64,000 nt of DNA from Candidatus Omnitrophota bacterium (GCA_003598175.1 QZKN01000016.1:91523-155522), one strand, 5' to 3'; shown: positions 18,831 to 30,092, numbered from the stretch's first letter. Program-made: numbers and translations. Notes: generated by a model not told the origin, from the sequence alone.

Positions 18831-19051
18831 GCGTCAAGGAGAAGACGACAGCCTGTCTACGCAAGTATGCATATTATGGATTTTACCATAATTCAACCGA
18901 ACCATGGGGTAATTGTGCGGCGATGAGAGAATCGGGCTTCGGTTATTGGCGCCGGGCGCAGGCAGCCTTCGACACGGAAATTGCGGAAGATGCGTACTCC
19001 GAAACATTGAATAAGATCAAACCACGGCGCGAACAATCGGTTTCCTGTTGA
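18827..19051 (+). CDS. small protein, 74 aa, GTG start
   Basis: Overlaps the upstream stop, so third gene of an apparent operon. Weak. Confidence 0.2.
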   Translation: MSVKEKTTACLRKYAYYGFYHNSTEPWGNCAAMRESGFGYWRRAQAAFDTEIAEDAYSETLNKIKPRREQSVSC

Positions 19052-19196
19052 TCACTCATGAACCCGACTACAATGGCTCATCGTGATCGTATGCGACATT
19101 TCAAGGATCGTTTGTTTCATACTATGCGGAATGGATTGTTCGCTTGAAGAAAAGCGTATTTTCCAACGATTCCACGATAGAGATGGGGATATCAGG

Positions 19197-20684
19197 ATGT
19201 CGGTTCTACTCGCATTGGATCAAGGCACCACCAGTTCACGGGCAATTGTATATGACGCCTCCGGCGTCGCGCTGACCACGGCGCAAAAGGAGTTCGAGCA
19301 GATCTATCCGGAGGCGGGATGGGTCGAGCACGATCCGCGCGAGATCTGGTCCTCGCAAATCCAGGTCGCGCATCGCGCGTTGCATCAAGCCGGATTGAAG
19401 GCCAGGGATGTGGCCGCCATCGGGATCACCAATCAGCGCGAAACCACTCTTTTGTGGGACCGCCGCACCGGCGAACCGGTCCACAACGCGATTGTGTGGC
19501 AGGACCGGCGCACCGCGTCGTTTTGCGACGATTGCAAGAATAAAGGCTGCGCCGATTGGATCCAACAAAAAACCGGCCTGGTCATCGACGCCTATTTTTC
19601 CGGGAGCAAACTCCGCTGGCTGCTCGATCACGTTCCCGGAGCGCGGGAACGGGCGCAACGCGGCGAACTGGCATTCGGAACCGTCGATACCTGGCTGCTG
19701 TGGAACCTGACCGGCGGCGCCGCGCATGTCACCGATCCCAGCAACGCGTCGCGCACCATGCTTTTCAATATCCAAACCGGCGAATGGGACGACGAATTAC
19801 TAAAATTACTCGACATTCCGCGCGAAGTATTACCCGCCGTCCGCTCCTCCAGCGAAGTGTATGGAGAGACCGCATCCGGCGTGTTTGACAGCCCGGTCCG
19901 GATCGCGAGCATTGCGGGGGATCAGCAATCCGCTTTGTTCGGCCAAAACTGCTTCGAGCATGGCATGGCCAAAAACACGTACGGCACCGGCTGCTTCATG
20001 CTCATGAACATCGGCCAAACCGCGACGCTTTCGCGCCATCAATTGCTGACGACGATCGCCTGGAAAACCAATGGCGTGACCGATTACGCTTTGGAAGGCA
20101 GCGTCTTCATCGGCGGCGCGGTAGTGCAGTGGCTGCGGGATGGCTTGGGGCTCATCCAATCCTCCGCGGAAATCGAATCCCTGGCCGGCCGCGTTCCCGA
20201 TAGCGGCGGGGTGTATTTGGTTCCCGCGTTCGCGGGTTTGGGCGCGCCGCATTGGGATCAATACGCGCGCGGAACGATCGTCGGCGTCACGCGCGGAACC
20301 ACGTCGGCGCACATCGCCCGCGCCGCGCTGGAGGGGATCGCGTTTCAAGTCGCGGACGTGCTGGATGTCATGAAAGAGGATTCCGGCATCCCTATCAACG
20401 AATTGCGCGTGGATGGCGGCGCGTCCGGAAACAATCTCCTCATGCAAATCCAGGCGGATTTGTTGCGCGCGCCGGTGATTCGTCCGAAAAACGTCGAAAC
20501 TACTGCGCTGGGAGCCGCCTATCTGGCGGGTCTGGCGACCGGTTTTTGGAACAATCGCGACAGCATCCGCCAGGCCTGGCAGGTCGATCGCACCTTCGAA
20601 CCGCAATGCAGCGAAGACGAAATCGCCTTCCGCCGCGGCCGCTGGGCCAAAGCGTTGAAACGCGCGAAACACTGGGAACAATAA
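19197..20684 (+). CDS. glpK: glycerol kinase
   Basis: [20 protein letters not shown]...[31 protein letters not shown]... are FGGY-family GlpK signatures. 495 aa from the internal Met. Confidence 0.9.
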   Translation: MSVLLALDQGTTSSRAIVYDASGVALTTAQKEFEQIYPEAGWVEHDPREIWSSQIQVAHRALHQAGLKARDVAAIGITNQRETTLLWDRRTGEPVHNAIVWQDRRTASFCDDCKNKGCADWIQQKTGLVIDAYFSGSKLRWLLDHVPGARERAQRGELAFGTVDTWLLWNLTGGAAHVTDPSNASRTMLFNIQTGEWDDELLKLLDIPREVLPAVRSSSEVYGETASGVFDSPVRIASIAGDQQSALFGQNCFEHGMAKNTYGTGCFMLMNIGQTATLSRHQLLTTIAWKTNGVTDYALEGSVFIGGAVVQWLRDGLGLIQSSAEIESLAGRVPDSGGVYLVPAFAGLGAPHWDQYARGTIVGVTRGTTSAHIARAALEGIAFQVADVLDVMKEDSGIPINELRVDGGASGNNLLMQIQADLLRAPVIRPKNVETTALGAAYLAGLATGFWNNRDSIRQAWQVDRTFEPQCSEDEIAFRRGRWAKALKRAKHWEQ

Positions 20685-20745
20685 AATCGGAGCGCGGACA
20701 TCCTGTCCGCATCGGAAACACGCATTCCCATCATCCGTTCAAATA

Positions 20746-22359
20746 ATGGAAAGGGATCAAATCCCCATATCAATAACCATGGATCGAAACCAATTTCTTG
20801 ACCGCATCAATGAACAAAAAAAACCGTGGGATATCGCCGTCGTGGGCGGCGGCGCGACCGGAGTGGGCATCGCCGTGGACGCCGCCTCGCGCGGATATGA
20901 CGTGGTTTTACTCGAACAAAGCGATTTCGGAAAAGGGACCTCCAGCCGTTCCACCAAACTGGTTCACGGCGGCGTGCGCTACCTGCAACAGGGCAACATC
21001 TCGCTGGTGATGGAAGCGCTGAAAGAACGCGGCATCCTGCTGAAAAACGCGCCCCATCTGGTTCACGATATGCAGTTCATCGTACCCAATTATCAATGGT
21101 GGGAAGCGCCGTTTTACGGCATCGGCCTGAAAGTCTACGACCTGCTTGCGGGAAAATACGGCTTCGGCGCGTCTCGCCTGCTTTCCCGCGATGAGGTGCT
21201 CGACCGCATCCCCACGCTCGAACAGGACGGATTGCGCGGCGGCGTCAATTATCACGACGGCCAGTTCGACGACAGCCGCCTGCTGATCAATCTGTTGCAA
21301 ACCGCCGCCGAACAAGGCGCATGCCTGCTCAATTACGCTCGCGTCACGAAACTGGAAAAAGACGCGGAGGGATACATCAACGGCCTCGAATTTCGCGAGG
21401 AAGAAACCGGAGACGTCCATTTTCTGGCCGCCCGCTGCGTCATCAACGCCGCCGGACCGTTTTGCGACGATCTTCGCCGTTTGGACGAAGCGGACATCAC
21501 GCCAATGATCGCGCCCAGTCAGGGAATCCACATTGTGCTTTCCCGCGATTTTCTCCCCCGCGACACCGCCATTATGGTTCCTCATACCCGCGATGGCCGG
21601 GTCATGTTCGCCATTCCGTGGAACGGGCACGTAGTGGTCGGCACCACCGACACGCCCATTGAGCAGGCGAGTCTCGAACCCACTCCGTTTTCTCACGAAG
21701 TTGATTTCATTCTTGAAACCGCGAGCGATTACCTGGCTCGCCGCCCCTCGCGCTCGGATATTCTCAGCGTGTTCACCGGTATTCGTCCGCTGGTCAAGGC
21801 GGGCGATCACGCCAACACCGCCGCCTTGTCGCGCGATCACACCATTCATATTTCCAAATCCGGTCTGCTCACCATCACCGGCGGAAAGTGGACCACCTAC
21901 CGCCGCATGGCGGAAGATTGCGTGGATCACGCGATCGTCCTGGCCAGTTTGGAAGAGCATCCCTGCGTCACCAAGGAATTGCGCATCCACGGCTACCATC
22001 AACGCGCGAGTGAATTCGGCGATTTGGCGGGGTACGGTTCGGACGCGATTGCCCTGGAAGAACTTATGCGGGAACAACCGGAACTGGCGCAACCATTGCA
22101 CGAAGCGCTTCCCATCCGAGCGGCGCAAGTGGTTTGGGCCGCGCGCAATGAGATGGCGCGTACGCTCGATGATGTCCTGGCCCGCCGCACGCGCGCCCTT
22201 TATCTGAACGTCAAAGCGGCTCGCGCAATGGCGCCCGCCGTCGCCCGGCTGCTGGCCGACGAATTGGGCCGGGATGAAACCTGGCAATCCCGACAGATCG
22301 TTGCGTTCAACCAAATTGCCGATCATTTTGACGTCGATTTAATCCGTGAAATCAAATAA
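20746..22359 (+). CDS. glpD: FAD-dependent glycerol-3-phosphate dehydrogenase
   Basis: DIAVVGGGATGVGIAVDAASRGYDVVLLEQSDFGKGTSSRSTKLVHGGVRYLQ is the Rossmann GxGxxG FAD-binding region of GlpD/GlpA. Confidence 0.85.
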   Translation: MERDQIPISITMDRNQFLDRINEQKKPWDIAVVGGGATGVGIAVDAASRGYDVVLLEQSDFGKGTSSRSTKLVHGGVRYLQQGNISLVMEALKERGILLKNAPHLVHDMQFIVPNYQWWEAPFYGIGLKVYDLLAGKYGFGASRLLSRDEVLDRIPTLEQDGLRGGVNYHDGQFDDSRLLINLLQTAAEQGACLLNYARVTKLEKDAEGYINGLEFREEETGDVHFLAARCVINAAGPFCDDLRRLDEADITPMIAPSQGIHIVLSRDFLPRDTAIMVPHTRDGRVMFAIPWNGHVVVGTTDTPIEQASLEPTPFSHEVDFILETASDYLARRPSRSDILSVFTGIRPLVKAGDHANTAALSRDHTIHISKSGLLTITGGKWTTYRRMAEDCVDHAIVLASLEEHPCVTKELRIHGYHQRASEFGDLAGYGSDAIALEELMREQPELAQPLHEALPIRAAQVVWAARNEMARTLDDVLARRTRALYLNVKAARAMAPAVARLLADELGRDETWQSRQIVAFNQIADHFDVDLIREIK

Positions 22360-22422
22360 TCCTTCCGGACAGCTGGTCTCGGAAACGGTCACATTAACAT
22401 TATTTGTAAATGGGGTAATTTT

Positions 22423-23169
22423 ATGAATCCATACGTCGCTGAATTCATCGGAACCGCATTGCTTATTATTTTCGGAAACGGCGTTGTGGCGAACGTGCTG
22501 CTCGCGCGAACGAAAGGCCACAATTCCGGATGGATCGTCATCACCGCCGGTTGGGCGTTCGGCGTCTATGTCGGCGCGTTTTGCAGCGCGAAGTACAGCG
22601 GGGCGCATCTCAATCCCGCTATCACTGTCGCCTTGATCGCCAACGGCTCGATCGAATTTGTGAAAGCGATTGGATATATCATTGCGCAAATACTCGGCGG
22701 CATGTTGGGCGCAACGATGGTCTTTCTCTTCTACCGCGAACATTTTAAAATCTCCGAGAATCCAGATGAAAAACTGGCCTGTTTTTGCACCGCGCCCAAC
22801 ATTCGCAATTTGCCTCAAGCCTTCTTCTGTGAAGTGGTGGGAACCTTTGTTCTCATGTTCCCCCTCTTGCTGGTCACTTCGCCGAGTTTCATGCTGCCGG
22901 CGGCGGTGGGAGAACAGGAAATCATGATCGGGCTGGGCACGTTGGGACTGATTCCGGTCTCGCTGCTGGTGTTTGGAATTGGCCTCTCGCTGGGCGGAAC
23001 CACCGGTTACGCCATCAATCCCGCCCGCGACCTCGGCCCCCGCATCGCCCACGCGCTGCTACCCATCCCCGGCAAACGCGACAGCGATTGGGGATATTCA
23101 TGGGCGCCGGTTATCGGCCCTATCTTCGGCGCGCTGCTGGCGGTGCTGGTGTTTGCTATCATTACATAA
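22423..23169 (+). CDS. glpF: aquaglyceroporin / glycerol uptake facilitator (MIP family)
   Basis: Two NPA motifs (SGAHLNPAIT, INPARDLGPR). Six TM segments. Confidence 0.85.
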   Translation: MNPYVAEFIGTALLIIFGNGVVANVLLARTKGHNSGWIVITAGWAFGVYVGAFCSAKYSGAHLNPAITVALIANGSIEFVKAIGYIIAQILGGMLGATMVFLFYREHFKISENPDEKLACFCTAPNIRNLPQAFFCEVVGTFVLMFPLLLVTSPSFMLPAAVGEQEIMIGLGTLGLIPVSLLVFGIGLSLGGTTGYAINPARDLGPRIAHALLPIPGKRDSDWGYSWAPVIGPIFGALLAVLVFAIIT

Positions 23170-23312
23170 AAGTAAAAAAAAATATTCAATATCTCTGATT
23201 TTCGAGATAAGAGGAAACCAGACCTTCCTTGTTTTTTGTAATGACAATGAATACATTGTAAAAGATCAACGCATAAATAAAAGCATACTATCCGACAAGA
23301 GAGGAAATTTCG

Positions 23313-24860
23313 TTGAGAAAGCGTTTGACGTCAATATATGGTCTTGCAGCCGCTGTTATTCTGTTTCCACTCCTGGCGCAATCTCAGATCCCTATCCCTC
23401 ATCAGGCGGACGCGCTTCCGGTTCCGATATATATCGGTCAAGAATTCACGCCGCAAAATATTCCGGCGTCAACCATACCCGATCATCCGTTTTTGGCTTC
23501 AAACGGATGGTCGAACACTCACAACGATCTCTATATGAGCGAAATCTATTTCACCGGAGGCCCGCTGGGCGCGGCGCCGATGGAAGTGATATCGAGCAAT
23601 CTGGGAACCGAAGCGGATCCGATTGCCGTTTGCATTACCGTGGCTTTCGATTCCCAAGGCCGTATCGTGACGACCAGTCTGGGCCGCGCGGAAGTTCGCT
23701 TATACCTGATCGATCCCCATACGTTGAACCCTTTGGCAAAGTACGATCTCCCATCCCGCTCGGGCGGGGGATCACCCATCGCAGGCGGCGCATATTTCTT
23801 TCTGGACAATGAGGATCGGGTTATTGTTCCGACCGGTCGGCAAATTCAGTTGATCTCGCATGACGATTCCGCCTTTCATCTCGACAAACGATACGAATTG
23901 GAACATGTCATCCCTGAAGACGACGCGATCGGATCGACGCTTCCGGATTTTGCAGGCCGACTCTGGTTTGTCACAAAGGGTGGGCTTGTCGGGACGATTG
24001 ACAGGAACCGCTATCCCGACAATCAATCGATCCGCGTCACCCAACTGGAGGGGGAGAAGAACGACAACTCGTTTGCGATTGATGAAAACGGCGGAGTATT
24101 CATCGTAACTGACCACGCCCTCTACCGTTTTGACGCGGGATTGAACGGAGAGCCGACAATCACGTGGCGTGAAGTTTACGACCGCGGTCATCAGATCAAA
24201 CCCGGCCAATTCAGTATGGGAAGCGGAACGACGCCCACCCTGATGGGAAGCCGATACGTCGCCCTGACGGACAACGCGGAGCCACAAATGCACGTCCTGG
24301 TTTATCACCGCGCCAAGGAAGTTGACGGCGCGCGCCTGGTCTGCTCCACGCCGGTGTTTCAACCGGACCGCAGCGCAACGGAAAACTCTCTGATCGCCAC
24401 CGACCGATCGATCATCGTCGAGAACAATTACGGATACAGTAATTATGCGGCAACCACCGAGGGCCAAACCACGGAACCTGGGATGACGCGCATCGATCCG
24501 GATGACAACGACGGTTGCCGGATCGTATGGACAAACCAAGAGCACATCCCATCGGTGATTTCGAAGATGTCACTTGCCACCGGCTTGATCTATACATATA
24601 CTAAGGATGAAGGACCGGAAAATACCGACGCATGGTATTTTACCGCTATCGACTATATCAGCGGAAAGACCGTCTTCAAACAACTCGCCGGAACGGGCGT
24701 TGGCTATAACAATCACTACGCGGGGATTTACCTGGGGCCCGATGGAAAAACGGCGTATGTTGGAGTCCTATACGGCATCGTTGCCATCCGCGATCGCGCG
24801 GAGTCGGAATCCGGAATTCCCGGATGGATGGAATTGGATAGAGCGCATACCGGCCGCTAA
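23313..24860 (+). CDS. secreted hypothetical protein, 515 aa
   Basis: Signal peptide MRKRLTSIYGLAAAVILFPLLAQSQ. No motif recognised. Confidence 0.4.
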   Translation: MRKRLTSIYGLAAAVILFPLLAQSQIPIPHQADALPVPIYIGQEFTPQNIPASTIPDHPFLASNGWSNTHNDLYMSEIYFTGGPLGAAPMEVISSNLGTEADPIAVCITVAFDSQGRIVTTSLGRAEVRLYLIDPHTLNPLAKYDLPSRSGGGSPIAGGAYFFLDNEDRVIVPTGRQIQLISHDDSAFHLDKRYELEHVIPEDDAIGSTLPDFAGRLWFVTKGGLVGTIDRNRYPDNQSIRVTQLEGEKNDNSFAIDENGGVFIVTDHALYRFDAGLNGEPTITWREVYDRGHQIKPGQFSMGSGTTPTLMGSRYVALTDNAEPQMHVLVYHRAKEVDGARLVCSTPVFQPDRSATENSLIATDRSIIVENNYGYSNYAATTEGQTTEPGMTRIDPDDNDGCRIVWTNQEHIPSVISKMSLATGLIYTYTKDEGPENTDAWYFTAIDYISGKTVFKQLAGTGVGYNNHYAGIYLGPDGKTAYVGVLYGIVAIRDRAESESGIPGWMELDRAHTGR

Positions 24861-24986
24861 ATTCCACGATTTTTTTGCAATCTTAACCTTCTTCTCAAAC
24901 CAATGGGTAAACAGACCGATCCGGTATTCCTGCTGGCCAAATCGATTGAGAAGGAAGGAATCCCAGTATGATGGGGAGTCAATAAA

Positions 24987-25958
24987 ATGAGCACAGCGAA
25001 AGAACAAGTTCTAAAAATAATCGGACAATTACCAGACGATGTGAGTGCGGATGATATTTTCTCTGAAATCCAATCGAAACTGCAAGTGGATGCCGGTTTG
25101 AAAGAACTTGATGAAAGCAAATCGAATGGAAAAGAAAAAATGATTGAACATATTAAAAGCAAGTTAAATGATAATGATAAAATATTACCAAAATTATGCT
25201 CTAATGAAAAGAAATTATTAAATATTATTTTTCCACAAAAATTATCTATCAAGATCAATAATAATGATTATAAAATAAAAAAAAAGAAAGAGTCTGATTT
25301 GGACAATAATAGATTACTGTATGATTTGGGCAATAATAGACCACTATATTGTGATCGGGTGCTCAGTAGCCAAAATGGATCGAACGACAAAATATGGATT
25401 GAATGCAAGCCAACATCGCATCTTTTACCAATTAATTGTGGTCACACTCCCGAAAAAATAACGTTGGGAAAAGATGCGGTTTTATTGGATATTGCGCGTC
25501 TACTTTCTTTAGTAGAAAATAAAAACGATATTCGCATGATTATTACAAGTTCGCAAAAAAAGTTACTCGAATACTATGGGGAAAAAACATGTTGCGGGAA
25601 TAATATTTCGTATTTATTGAAATGCTATATGAAAAATATCCATAATAAATCAAAAATTTCACAACAATATCCCTTTTTTTTCTTTTTATCGGACTATAAG
25701 CATCTCGATATATTACCAACAGAAAAAAATAGGAAAAAAAATGTTGAATTATATTATAATGCGAAATTATCATTTTATTTGCTTCATCCAATCAATTCAT
25801 GCATTCCTATTATCATTTTTATAGATGGGGGTAAAATACGAATAACCGTTTATAGGGATATTGATAATCCTAAAAATGAGGGGAATTCGATATCTTTTAA
25901 CATGGGTGAAGCAAAAAATCATGCGAACTTTATTGGAGATTATTTTCCCGCAAGTTAA
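24987..25958 (+). CDS. AT-rich orphan protein, 323 aa; N-terminus antitoxin-like
   Basis: Markedly lower GC than flanks. N-terminal MSTAKEQVLKIIGQLPDDVSADDIFSEI... resembles small antitoxin/addiction-module helices. Remainder Lys/Asn-rich with no motif. Confidence 0.4.
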   Translation: MSTAKEQVLKIIGQLPDDVSADDIFSEIQSKLQVDAGLKELDESKSNGKEKMIEHIKSKLNDNDKILPKLCSNEKKLLNIIFPQKLSIKINNNDYKIKKKKESDLDNNRLLYDLGNNRPLYCDRVLSSQNGSNDKIWIECKPTSHLLPINCGHTPEKITLGKDAVLLDIARLLSLVENKNDIRMIITSSQKKLLEYYGEKTCCGNNISYLLKCYMKNIHNKSKISQQYPFFFFLSDYKHLDILPTEKNRKKNVELYYNAKLSFYLLHPINSCIPIIIFIDGGKIRITVYRDIDNPKNEGNSISFNMGEAKNHANFIGDYFPAS

Positions 25959-26031
25959 CGCTGATGGTTTTTGAGATTTCATCTCACACAGCTCAACATC
26001 CCCCCAAAACAAGATAAAATAAACGATCACA

Positions 26032-27765
26032 TTGTACAAACGGAGTCCATACATGCCGGAAAACGAAACGTATCAACCAACCGATTTCATCCGTGAATTC
26101 GTCAAGGAGGATTTGGCCTCGGGTCGCTTCACTTACGTCCATACCCGCTTTCCGCCGGAGCCAAATGGGTATCTGCATATCGGTCACGCCAAGGCCATCT
26201 CCATTTCTTTTGGCATCGCGGAAGATTTCCACGGAAAAACCAACCTGCGCTTCGACGATACCAATCCGCTGAAGGAAAAGATGGAATACGTCGATGCGAT
26301 TCAGGAAGATGTGCGCTGGCTGGGATATGATTGGGAAGACCGCTTGTTTTTCGCCTCCGATTATTTCGAGCAACTCTACGAATGGGCGAAAGAATTGATC
26401 AAAAAAGGCAAGGCGTACGTTTGTGAATTGTCCGATGAGGAAATACGCGAGTATCGCGGCACGCAGGAATTCGACGAGCAGGGCAACCGCGTCACTCCAC
26501 CCGGCAAAAACAGCCCTTACCGCGACCGCCCGATCGAGGAAAATCTCGACCTCTTCGAACGGATGCGCAACGGCGAATTTGCGGACGGTTCGAAGACGCT
26601 GCGGGCGAAAATCGACATGGCGCATCCCAACCTCAACATGCGCGATCCGGTCATGTACCGCATCATGCACGCCGAACACTACCGCACCGGCAATCAATGG
26701 TGCATTTACCCGATGTACGACTGGACGCACGGCCAGTCGGACTCGATTGAGGGGATCACCCATTCGATCTGCGACGTCGGCTTTGAAAATCACCGTCCGC
26801 TGTATGATTGGTATATCCGGGAACTCGGCATCTTCCCTTCCCGCCAGATCGAATTCGGCCGCCTGCATTTGACCTACACGGTTTTGAGCAAGCGTTATCT
26901 GCGCCAATTGATCGAGGAAGGCCACGTATCCGGCTGGGACGATCCTCGCTTACCCACCATAAAAGGAATGCGGCGGCGCGGCTTCACACCTGAAGCGATT
27001 CGCGCGTTCTGCAAACGCATCGGCATCAGCAAAAGCGACGGCATCGTCGAGATTCAACAGCTGGAACATTGCCTGCGCGAACATTTGAATCAAACCGCCC
27101 CGCGCGTCATGGCGGTGTTGAATCCGCTGAAAGTGGTGATCACGAATTATCCGGAGCAGCAGGAAGAAGAATTGGAAGCCATCAACAATCCCGAAGATCC
27201 GACGGCAGGGACGCGAAAAGTTCCATTCTCGCGCGAACTCTATATCGAACGGGATGATTTCATGGAAGAGCCGCCCAAAAAATTCTTTCGGCTATCGCCC
27301 GGACGCGAAGTGCGGCTGCGTTACGCCTATTTTGTCGCCTGCCAGGAAATGATCAAAGATGACAAGGGAGAAATCGTCGAGCTGCGCTGCACCTACGATC
27401 CCGCCACCCGCGGCGGCGATGCGCCGGACGGCCGTAAAGTGAAAGCGACATTGCATTGGGTATCCGCCCGCCATGCGGTAAAAGCGGAGGTGCGGTTGTA
27501 CGAATACCTTTTCACGAAAGAGGATCCCTTCGATTTGAAAGAGGGGGAGGATTGGAAGACAAATTTAAATCCGCATTCGTTAACTGTCCTTTCCAATTGT
27601 TATGTCGAACCGGATATGGCGGCGGCCCAGGCCGGCTATCGCTGCCAGTTCGAACGCCTGGGCTATTTTTGCAAGGATCCCGACAGCACGCCGGAACGGC
27701 CGGTCTTCAATCGAACCGTGGCGCTAAAGGATACGTGGAAAAAAATCCAACAAAAAACGGATTGA
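26032..27765 (+). CDS. glnS: glutamine--tRNA ligase
   Basis: [21 protein letters not shown] motif. Class-I Gln/Glu-RS core. About 570 aa is typical of GlnRS. Confidence 0.9.
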   Translation: MYKRSPYMPENETYQPTDFIREFVKEDLASGRFTYVHTRFPPEPNGYLHIGHAKAISISFGIAEDFHGKTNLRFDDTNPLKEKMEYVDAIQEDVRWLGYDWEDRLFFASDYFEQLYEWAKELIKKGKAYVCELSDEEIREYRGTQEFDEQGNRVTPPGKNSPYRDRPIEENLDLFERMRNGEFADGSKTLRAKIDMAHPNLNMRDPVMYRIMHAEHYRTGNQWCIYPMYDWTHGQSDSIEGITHSICDVGFENHRPLYDWYIRELGIFPSRQIEFGRLHLTYTVLSKRYLRQLIEEGHVSGWDDPRLPTIKGMRRRGFTPEAIRAFCKRIGISKSDGIVEIQQLEHCLREHLNQTAPRVMAVLNPLKVVITNYPEQQEEELEAINNPEDPTAGTRKVPFSRELYIERDDFMEEPPKKFFRLSPGREVRLRYAYFVACQEMIKDDKGEIVELRCTYDPATRGGDAPDGRKVKATLHWVSARHAVKAEVRLYEYLFTKEDPFDLKEGEDWKTNLNPHSLTVLSNCYVEPDMAAAQAGYRCQFERLGYFCKDPDSTPERPVFNRTVALKDTWKKIQQKTD

Positions 27766-27827
27766 TTGCAGCATGTGGAAAATGGAAAACGATTTTTCTC
27801 TTTTATGTATTTTGAAAGGACAATGCA

Positions 27828-28646
27828 TTGACTATCCTGGAATCCGCTTTGCTCGGTTTTTTACAAGGCATGACCGAGTTTCTCCCCATTTCCAGCTCCG
27901 GCCATCTCGTTTTGGCGGAAACATTACTCCAATTCAAATCGTCGGATTACCTCTTTTTCGACATCCTTCTGCATCTGGCAACGCTGGTCGCGGTTTGTAT
28001 TTTTTTCCGAGTTCGTCTGATGAATATGGCCGTAGCGCTATTTTCATTTCTGCAGAAACGTGAAAGCACCGACGCCGAACGGTTTGATCGGATTCTATTC
28101 TTCGCTCTTTTTTTGAGTACCGTCGTAACCGGTGTTTTGGGAATTAGTTTTCGATATCGGTTTGAAGCCATGCGGGATCATCTTACGCTTGTGGGCGCAG
28201 CATTCCTGCTGATGGGAGTGATTCTTTTGGCGACGCGGAAATGCCGGACAGATGAATCATCCGAATCGTCTTCCCTCCCCATCAATATTTGGCTGTTTGC
28301 GCTGATCATGGGCCTGGCGCAAACAACCGCGATCACGCCGGGAATTTCTCGTTCCGGCACGACGGTAGCCGTGGCGTTGTTGATCGGCGTTTCCCGCCGG
28401 TTTGCTGTCGAGTATTCGTTTTTGATGTCGATTCCCGCCATTCTCGGCGCGGCGGCGCTGGAATGGAGACATGCGAAGATGATCGTCGACATGACGCCGG
28501 CGATCATCGGATTTGTCGTTTCCCTCGTTTCCGGTATTATCTTTTTATGGTTGTTGGTCTGGCTGGTGCAAAAAGAACGATTGTATCAGTTTTCGTTTTA
28601 TTTGTTCGCGTTGGGAACGATAGTTCTTGTCTATTCGTTGACTTGA
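27828..28646 (+). CDS. uppP: undecaprenyl-diphosphatase
   Basis: MTILESALLGFLQGMTEFLPISSSGHL... is the UppP/BacA N-terminus. Multi-TM. Confidence 0.9.
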   Translation: MTILESALLGFLQGMTEFLPISSSGHLVLAETLLQFKSSDYLFFDILLHLATLVAVCIFFRVRLMNMAVALFSFLQKRESTDAERFDRILFFALFLSTVVTGVLGISFRYRFEAMRDHLTLVGAAFLLMGVILLATRKCRTDESSESSSLPINIWLFALIMGLAQTTAITPGISRSGTTVAVALLIGVSRRFAVEYSFLMSIPAILGAAALEWRHAKMIVDMTPAIIGFVVSLVSGIIFLWLLVWLVQKERLYQFSFYLFALGTIVLVYSLT

Positions 28647-28680
28647 AGATCTTAGGATATGAATCAGGATTGACCAGGAT

Positions 28681-28748
28681 GAAAATGTAACGCCGCCGCC
28701 CCGGCGGCATGGCCGGTAAAGCCGGCAAGATGCCGGCGCTACATTTTC
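28681..28748 (+). other. structured three-stem element (putative terminator or small structured RNA)
   Basis: Outer 15-bp stem gaaaatgtaacgccg / cggcgctacattttc (one mismatch) enclosing sub-hairpins ccgccg/cggcgg and gccgg/ccggc. Sits 35 nt after the uppP stop. Confidence 0.35.
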
Positions 28749-28865
28749 ATATATACTGTCATAATCGGTTGATTACAACAATGGATGAAAATGTTTCCAT
28801 TGAACGATGCGGACGGGACGTCCGCGCTCCGGAATTTTCATACAATTTTCATTTCGCAAAGGAGA

Positions 28866-30092
28866 ATGGCGATGAACAATGAATCTCAAATTGATACCAG
28901 GCGATCGTTTTTGAAGACAACGGCGATCGGCGCAACCAGTGTAATGCTCCTTTCCCCAAAATCCGTGTTCGGCAGCTCGGCCAACTCGAAAATCGAATTG
29001 GGAATCATTGGCTGCGGCGGACGCGGACGCTTTATCGGAAAAAAACTGATTACCAATGTCGGCGACGACATCGCGCTGGTTTCCGCGCATGACTATTTCC
29101 GCGATCGACTGGAAATCGTCCAAAACATGTTCGACATTCCCGAATCCCGATCGTATGGCGGATTGCAAGGCTATCGGGAAATTCTGCAGTCGAATGTGGA
29201 CGGCGTGATTATCGAATCGCCGCCCTATTTTCATCCCGAACACGCGGCGGCGGCAGTGGAGGCGGGAAAACATGTCTGGCTGGCGAAACCGGTTGCGATC
29301 GATGTGCCCGGCTGCACGAGTATTAAGGAAACCGGAAAAAAAGCGGAAGGGAAAGTCGCGTTTTTAGTGGATTTCCAGTCGCGCAACAGCCCGTTTTTCG
29401 TGGAAGCGGTGAAACGAGTGCGCGAAGGCGCGATCGGCGAGATGATCAGCGGACAGGTGTTCAACCAATTTCCCTGCGGCGGCAATCCGGATACGACGGG
29501 CATGTCGCCGGGAGCGGCGCGATTGCGATGCTGGGTTACCGATCCGGTTTTATCCGGCGCGTGCATCGTCGAGCAAGCGGTTCATGCGATGGACATCGCA
29601 AATTGGATCGTCGGTTCGCATCCGACCAAAGCGTTCGGAACCGGCGGACTGAAAGCGCGTCTCAACGCGGGGAAAATGTGGGATCATTTCCTCGTAACGT
29701 ATTGGTACGGCGACGGCCCCAAACTAAGTTTAAACTGCTCACAGTTTATGCGCGGTTATGAAGACCTCGGCGCGCGGATTTATGGCAAACTGGGCGTCAT
29801 CGATGCGCACTATCGCGCCGTCGATTGGGGCAACGGCCCCGTGAAAATCACCGGCGACAACGCCTGGGCGGGAACCGAGTTCGACAACACGTGGGATATC
29901 GGCGTGGATAACAATTGCAGGGACTTTGTCAAGGCCATCCGTAGCGGCAACTACATGAATCACGCAGACTATTCCGCCGACAGCACGATGACGTCGATTC
30001 TCGGGCGCACGGCGGCATATCGCGAGAGCGTAGTGACATGGGACGAGATTTTAAAGGAGAATGAGATACTAGAAATGAAAGATGAATTGTGA
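28866..30092 (+). CDS. Gfo/Idh/MocA-family oxidoreductase with twin-arginine signal
   Basis: RRSFLKTTAIGA Tat motif. GIIGCGGRG Rossmann motif. AGGAGA upstream of the ATG. Confidence 0.8.
   Translation: MAMNNESQIDTRRSFLKTTAIGATSVMLLSPKSVFGSSANSKIELGIIGCGGRGRFIGKKLITNVGDDIALVSAHDYFRDRLEIVQNMFDIPESRSYGGLQGYREILQSNVDGVIIESPPYFHPEHAAAAVEAGKHVWLAKPVAIDVPGCTSIKETGKKAEGKVAFLVDFQSRNSPFFVEAVKRVREGAIGEMISGQVFNQFPCGGNPDTTGMSPGAARLRCWVTDPVLSGACIVEQAVHAMDIANWIVGSHPTKAFGTGGLKARLNAGKMWDHFLVTYWYGDGPKLSLNCSQFMRGYEDLGARIYGKLGVIDAHYRAVDWGNGPVKITGDNAWAGTEFDNTWDIGVDNNCRDFVKAIRSGNYMNHADYSADSTMTSILGRTAAYRESVVTWDEILKENEILEMKDEL

Noticed and set aside
19830-20681. 283-aa minus-strand ORF, with several Arg-rich ORFs at 19236-20746
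   Set aside because: Antisense shadows of the high-GC glpK gene. Arg/Ala-rich translations are typical of GC-rich off-frames.
20908-22326. 472-aa minus-strand ORF
   Set aside because: Antisense to glpD, which has clear FAD-binding motifs. High-GC shadow ORF.
25993-26925. 310-aa minus-strand ORF
   Set aside because: Antisense to glnS, whose HIGH-motif protein is unambiguous.
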